This document shows, one piece after another, positions 59,342-64,000 of a DNA stretch of 64,000 nt. A program made the translations under genes and the position numbers. How positions within the stretch are numbered: position 1 is the stretch's first letter; each line of letters begins with the position of its first letter. This DNA is from an uncultured Eubacterium sp. (GTDB lineage: Bacteria > Bacillota > Clostridia > Lachnospirales > Lachnospiraceae), in assembly GCA_910589595.1 (NCBI GenBank), contig CAJUTM010000011.1:11054-75053 (forward strand), given 5' to 3'. The notes under the pieces are model-generated. The model ran no database searches. It saw only the letters and a list, made by a program, of their open reading frames with translations, and was not told the origin of the DNA.

Positions 59342-60505
59342 TCATTTTCTGGTATATCGCGCCAGAACCGGCGCTATTTCTTTTAATTGTCCGATTGTAT
59401 AATCAATTTCTTCCCTTGTCGTCTCAAAGGAAAAACTTACACGTATCGTACTATCCAGAAGCGAATCATCTACGCCGATAGCTTTCAGCGTTCCGCTTAT
59501 TCCCGAATGATGAGACGAGCAGGCAGAACCGGACGATACATAAATCCCTTTATCCTCAAGCGCGTGAACAAGCACTTCGCTTCTCACTCCGGCAATGCTG
59601 ATACTGACAATATGCGGCGCCGTCTGCCCGATTTCCGGTGGCAGACAGGCATTGACGGTAACTCCTGACATCTCGCCGAGGCGCTCAAGCAAATATTGTT
59701 TGCGGTCATACAAAAGCTTCCGGTGCTCTTCCAAATCTGCATACATCTTCTCCGCTGCCAGTCCAAGGCCGGCAATCCCCGGAACATTTTCCGTTCCCGA
59801 GCGCAGTCCCTGCTGCTGGCCGCCGCCGTGGATATGGGGATGAATTTTTACCTTATCGCCGATATAGAGAAATCCCGTTCCTTTCGGGCCGTGAATCTTA
59901 TGGCCGCTGGCGCTGAGCAGGTCAATCCCCCACTTCTTCGGCGTTATCGCCATCTTTCCGTACGCCTGTATGGCGTCCACATGAAATATGATATCACTGT
60001 GACAAGCTTTTACCGCGCGGGATATTTCCTGCACGTCGAGAATCGCTCCCACTTCATTATTGACCATCATTACAGATACGAGTATTGTATCTTCGCGAAT
60101 CGCATTCCGCAAAACATCAGGAGAAACATGCCCCTGACTGTCCACTGGCAGATAACTCACCTCAAACCCCTGCTGTTCTAAATAGAGCAGCGTCTCGTGT
60201 ACCGACGAATGCTCAAAACAGGTCGTGACAATATGCCTGCCCCGCCTCTTATTGGCAAAGGCGCTTCCTATCAGCGCCATATTGTTACTCTCCGTTCCGC
60301 CGGAAGTAAAAATAATATTTTTCGGCGCGCATTTTAATGTTTTCGCAATCTGTCCGGCCGCATGCCGCACATAATTTTCCCCCTCCATCCCTTTCCGGTG
60401 CAGTGAAGAGGGGTTTCCATAATCCTCATACATCACCTTTGCCACCAGCTCGCACACCTCCGGCAGCGCTCTGGTCGTTGCTGCATTATCGAGATAACAT
60501 TCCAT
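59342..60505 (-). CDS. Cysteine desulfurase (IscS/NifZ-like)
   Basis: YLDNAATT, SGHKIHGPKG, RSGTEN and SSGSACSS motifs; adjacent to thiI. Confidence 0.9.
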   Translation of the reverse strand: MECYLDNAATTRALPEVCELVAKVMYEDYGNPSSLHRKGMEGENYVRHAAGQIAKTLKCAPKNIIFTSGGTESNNMALIGSAFANKRRGRHIVTTCFEHSSVHETLLYLEQQGFEVSYLPVDSQGHVSPDVLRNAIREDTILVSVMMVNNEVGAILDVQEISRAVKACHSDIIFHVDAIQAYGKMAITPKKWGIDLLSASGHKIHGPKGTGFLYIGDKVKIHPHIHGGGQQQGLRSGTENVPGIAGLGLAAEKMYADLEEHRKLLYDRKQYLLERLGEMSGVTVNACLPPEIGQTAPHIVSISIAGVRSEVLVHALEDKGIYVSSGSACSSHHSGISGTLKAIGVDDSLLDSTIRVSFSFETTREEIDYTIGQLKEIAPVLARYTRK

Positions 60506-60517
60506 TGTATTCTCCTA

Positions 60518-61282
60518 TCAATTCTTGTTTTTTCCCTCAATCAGAAACATCAGTACCGACAAGACGGCAAGTCCGGCTGTCTCCGTCCGCAAAATCCGCT
60601 TTCCCAGAGAAATCGCAACAGAGCCGCCGTTTACCGCCTGCTCCACTTCTCCCCGTTCAAAGCCGCCTTCCGGCCCAATGAATATGCCGACGCTCTTTCC
60701 CTCTGCCGCCCGCTGCACCGCCGTCACGGATTCCGGCATATTGTCACACAATTCATAGGGAATGAGCAGCGTATCACATTGCGCCGCCATCTGCAGCGCC
60801 TGCTCAAAGTCTGCTATCCGCTCTATTTCCGGTATCATTCCTCTCCCGCTCTGCTTTGCCGCCGCTTCGGCAATTGCCTGCCAGCGGGCTAACTTCTTTT
60901 GCTCTTTCCGCTCGTCCAATTTCACAACACAGCGTTTCGTCCTCATGGGAACGACACGGGATACTCCCAGCTCGATTGCTTTCTGAATGACAAATTCCAT
61001 TTTATCGCTTTTTGGCAGAGACTGGAACAGGGTAATGGAAACCGGCAGTTCACTCTCCGTCGCGTGTTCCTCCAATATACGCGCCGTAACTGCGTCTTCC
61101 TGCAGTTCTTCCACCGCACATATATATTCCACTCCTTTTCCGCAAGAAATTGCCAGCTTTTCTCCCAGCGTCATACGCAGCACATTACGGATATGATTCA
61201 CATCATCTCCCCGTATTATAATCCGGCCATCTAAAAGATTTTCCTCCGGTACAAAAAAGTGATGCATTTTCTCATCCTCCAT
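60518..61282 (-). CDS. rsmE: 16S rRNA m3U1498 methyltransferase
   Basis: HIRNVLR, KAIELG, AAKQSGR, IGPEGGF and LGKRILRTETA motifs. Confidence 0.93.
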   Translation of the reverse strand: MEDEKMHHFFVPEENLLDGRIIIRGDDVNHIRNVLRMTLGEKLAISCGKGVEYICAVEELQEDAVTARILEEHATESELPVSITLFQSLPKSDKMEFVIQKAIELGVSRVVPMRTKRCVVKLDERKEQKKLARWQAIAEAAAKQSGRGMIPEIERIADFEQALQMAAQCDTLLIPYELCDNMPESVTAVQRAAEGKSVGIFIGPEGGFERGEVEQAVNGGSVAISLGKRILRTETAGLAVLSVLMFLIEGKNKN

Positions 61283-61361
61283 TCATATGCCTGAGCCACA
61301 CACGAAAGGCACAAACAGCAAACTGTTTGTGCCATCCGTCACTTATTCATATACTTCCTGC

Positions 61362-62051
61362 TTAAATCAATTTTCCAAACCTTGTGTACATCATTTTACC
61401 CTGATTTACAGCTAACTGGTTCGTACTCTGATTGTACATCGTAGACGCTTTTTGGGAAATACGGTCTGCCAGAGAACCGCTTCCCGAAAACAGAGCTTTC
61501 AAATCGCTCATCTTGGCCGACTTAAACTTCTCCTCATCAATCGAAAGGGAGTTGTTCTCGCCAATTGATATACCAACTTTATTCAATAATCCCTCGCTGA
61601 TATTCATCTGCTCCGTTCCCCATACAGCAGTCTGTAAAATACTGTAGGAGTTCATATTTTTCGTCGTTGACAATGTACTGTTATAACTGTCAATAAAACT
61701 CTTTGCCTTACTAAGCAAATCTTCCGGTTTTGCATCTTTGGAATAGTCCGCATTTTTCAACGCGTTCGCCGATTCATACAGCTTTTGTGCGGAACTCTTA
61801 AGGTTGGAAAGCTTTACCTTGCTGTCTGCCGTACCGGAACCGCTGATGGTATCCGTATCTTTGCCATCCGTTTTGGATTGTGAAACCTGATTGGCATAGT
61901 ACGCTTTCATTGCTTTCTTGTAAGCGCCGCTCTTAATCATCTGCAAATCGCCTAACGATGAAAGCAGGGACGGACCGGAACCGCTACCGCCTGTACCGAA
62001 GAAGCTATTCATGAAAGAATTGCCCGAATTCCATCCATAAATACCACTCAT
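61362..62051 (-). CDS. Hypothetical protein with FliD C-terminal-like segment
   Basis: KSFIDSYN and L.KVGISI....LSIDEEKF..A....LKALF resemble the flagellar cap C-terminus; AAGGAG RBS. Confidence 0.55.
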   Translation of the reverse strand: MSGIYGWNSGNSFMNSFFGTGGSGSGPSLLSSLGDLQMIKSGAYKKAMKAYYANQVSQSKTDGKDTDTISGSGTADSKVKLSNLKSSAQKLYESANALKNADYSKDAKPEDLLSKAKSFIDSYNSTLSTTKNMNSYSILQTAVWGTEQMNISEGLLNKVGISIGENNSLSIDEEKFKSAKMSDLKALFSGSGSLADRISQKASTMYNQSTNQLAVNQGKMMYTRFGKLI

Positions 62052-62102
62052 ACATATCACTCCTTTGATTAATTTAATTTTGGTAATCCATTACCATATT
62101 GT

Positions 62103-62130
62103 ATATCGACATTTCCTTTGTCAAATATTA
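62103..62130 (-). promoter_or_regulatory. Putative sigma-D (sigma-28) promoter
   Basis: TAAT-N16-GTCGATAT versus consensus TAAA-N15/16-GCCGATAT. Confidence 0.5.
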
Positions 62131-62197
62131 GGCTTACTTTAAGTATAGCAGAAAAAAATGAAGTTGCAACCCCTTTTTACCAATATTTGGTATCCTT

Positions 62198-63655
62198 TCA
62201 TAAGCGTGCGAGCGCGTTCTCTACTGCCTCGCGTTCGCTGTAGTGGTGCTTCACGCCATTGATTTCCTGATATTCCTCGTGTCCTTTCCCGAGAAGAATT
62301 ATCATATCGCCGTTACGCGCATGGTCGACGGCATAATTGACCGCTTCCTGCCGGTCAGGGATGACAATATACTCTCCTTCTGTCTTTGCCAATCCGACTT
62401 TGATATCTTCTATTATGTCCATCACGTCTTCCGTACGCGGGTTATCGCTTGTGACAATGGCGAGCTCCGCCAAATTTCCCACCGCTTCACCCATCTCATA
62501 GCGGCGGAGTTTACTGCGGTTGCCGCCACAGCCAAAGATGGCAATAATACGGGAAGGGTTGTATCCCCTCAGTGTCTTTAACACACTCTCGGTACTAATA
62601 CCGTTATGGGCAAAATCTATCAGCACGGAAAATCCCCGTCCGGTCGGTACATTTTCCAAGCGTCCCCGCACTTTCACGTGCTCCAGCGCATGCAGAATGA
62701 CATTGTGCGGCATTCCGAGAAGCGTGCCTACACAGGCGGCGCACATCGCATTGGCGATATTAAACCGCCCCGCAAGTCCGACAATGACATCGCCCTCCAA
62801 AATGCCGGACGCATGGAATTTCATGGACAACGTACCGTCCATATTCACATGTTCCACGGCAGACGCCGTCAAATCGGCGTCGCTCTCACCGTATGTCTTA
62901 ATCTCGCAGGCAGCGTCTTTTACAATGTCCTGCCAATGCTCATCATCTTTATTGACAATGCCAATGCGGCACATCGTAAACAGGCGGCTCTTGCACCAGA
63001 GATATTCATCGAAGTCCGCGTGCTCATTGGGGCCGATATGGTCGGGTGTTATATTGGAAAACACACCATAGTCAAATTGCATTCCCGCCACGCGGTCCAT
63101 CTTAATCCCCTGAGAACTGACTTCCATCACCGCATAATCGCAGCCGGCCTCCGCCATTTCATAAAAATATTTCTGCAAATCATACGATTCGGGAGTTGTA
63201 TGTTCCGTCGGCGTTACTTTACCATTTACCGCCACGCCGATAGTTCCCACGACGCCGCATATTTTTCCTGATTTCTCAATGATATCGCGCACCATATAAG
63301 TAATCGTCGATTTGCCTTTTGTACCGGTAATGCCAATCGTTGTCATTTTCGACGCCGGATAGTCAAAATAGGCCTGCGACAGATAGCTCAGCGCGGCGCG
63401 GCCATTGCTCACGCGAACGACCGTCACTTCGTTATCCGCGATGGCAACATCCCGCTCTGCCACAACAACCGAGGCCCCCCTGTCTACTACGTCCGGAATG
63501 TACTTGTGGCCATCCTGCACCGTTCCCGCAATCGCCACAAAAAGCATACCGGACTGAATCTCCCGCGAATCGTAGGCGATATCGGAAACTTCCGTCTCCA
63601 GACTCCCCTGTATCAGTTCATAATCCATTTTTTCCAATAACTTCTTTAACTTCAC
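62198..63655 (-). CDS. murE: UDP-MurNAc-tripeptide ligase
   Basis: GITGTKGKS, TTPES, MEVSSQG, DFAHN, DNPR and GKGHEEYQ motifs. Confidence 0.93.
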   Translation of the reverse strand: MKLKKLLEKMDYELIQGSLETEVSDIAYDSREIQSGMLFVAIAGTVQDGHKYIPDVVDRGASVVVAERDVAIADNEVTVVRVSNGRAALSYLSQAYFDYPASKMTTIGITGTKGKSTITYMVRDIIEKSGKICGVVGTIGVAVNGKVTPTEHTTPESYDLQKYFYEMAEAGCDYAVMEVSSQGIKMDRVAGMQFDYGVFSNITPDHIGPNEHADFDEYLWCKSRLFTMCRIGIVNKDDEHWQDIVKDAACEIKTYGESDADLTASAVEHVNMDGTLSMKFHASGILEGDVIVGLAGRFNIANAMCAACVGTLLGMPHNVILHALEHVKVRGRLENVPTGRGFSVLIDFAHNGISTESVLKTLRGYNPSRIIAIFGCGGNRSKLRRYEMGEAVGNLAELAIVTSDNPRTEDVMDIIEDIKVGLAKTEGEYIVIPDRQEAVNYAVDHARNGDMIILLGKGHEEYQEINGVKHHYSEREAVENALARL

Positions 63656-63681
63656 TCCTCTACCTCTCTTTCTTTCCTGTC

Positions 63682-64000
63682 TCACAGCAATCCATAATGC
63701 ATAAAAGCTTTTTCAATTCCATCTTCCATAACGGCGGAAGTGACAAAATCGACCGCCGGAAAAATATCCGGATTTCCACTCCCCATGGCAATACTGATAC
63801 CCGTGTATTCTAACATCGGCAAATCGTTCGTGCTGTCGCCCACTCCGATTGTCTGTTCGCGCGGTATATTAAGATAGTCACACAAAAAGGCAATCCCCGT
63901 CGCCTTGGAACATCCTTTGGGAACTACTTCATAAAAAGTCGGACTGCGCAATATAAAATCAAATTGCTGCGCATATTTTTGCCGAAATGCTTCCATGTCA
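63682..64000 (-). CDS. Cof-type HAD-IIB hydrolase (3' part; runs off the window)
   Basis: SKATGI, GDSTNDLPML, AMG and EDGI motifs. Confidence 0.85.
   Translation of the reverse strand, partial: DMEAFRQKYAQQFDFILRSPTFYEVVPKGCSKATGIAFLCDYLNIPREQTIGVGDSTNDLPMLEYTGISIAMGSGNPDIFPAVDFVTSAVMEDGIEKAFMHYGLL

Overview
Chromosomal segment of a spore-forming clostridial Firmicute. Gene content and order suggest Lachnospiraceae, which is an inference. Almost all genes lie on the minus strand. The left part holds a Csp-type subtilase, a SigK lacking a pro-peptide, FprA, a GH27 glycosidase, an Rrf2 regulator, bioB, split purine-closure genes under a ZTP riboswitch, a Phd/ParE-type TA pair, an M18 peptidase and a CgeB-like glycosyltransferase. 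The middle (about 13.5-46.6 kb) is a Wzx/Wzy exopolysaccharide locus. It starts with Ig-domain and Thr/Pro-repeat surface proteins, contains a pyruvyl-transferase + MenD-like + SDR trio and a decaying phosphocholine (lic) module, and ends in an AT-rich patch encoding a nitrilase-fold protein. The right part is housekeeping: hflX, birA, a U32 peptidase, trmR-like, rnj, ruvX, ireB, mtaB, thiI, a cysteine desulfurase, rsmE and murE. The most striking unexplained feature is a 554-bp non-coding, almost fully self-complementary branched fold-back element (48123-48676) flanked by an 8-bp direct repeat. No CRISPR array, tRNA, rRNA, transposase or integrase was seen. All family calls come from motif recognition by eye, not database searches.
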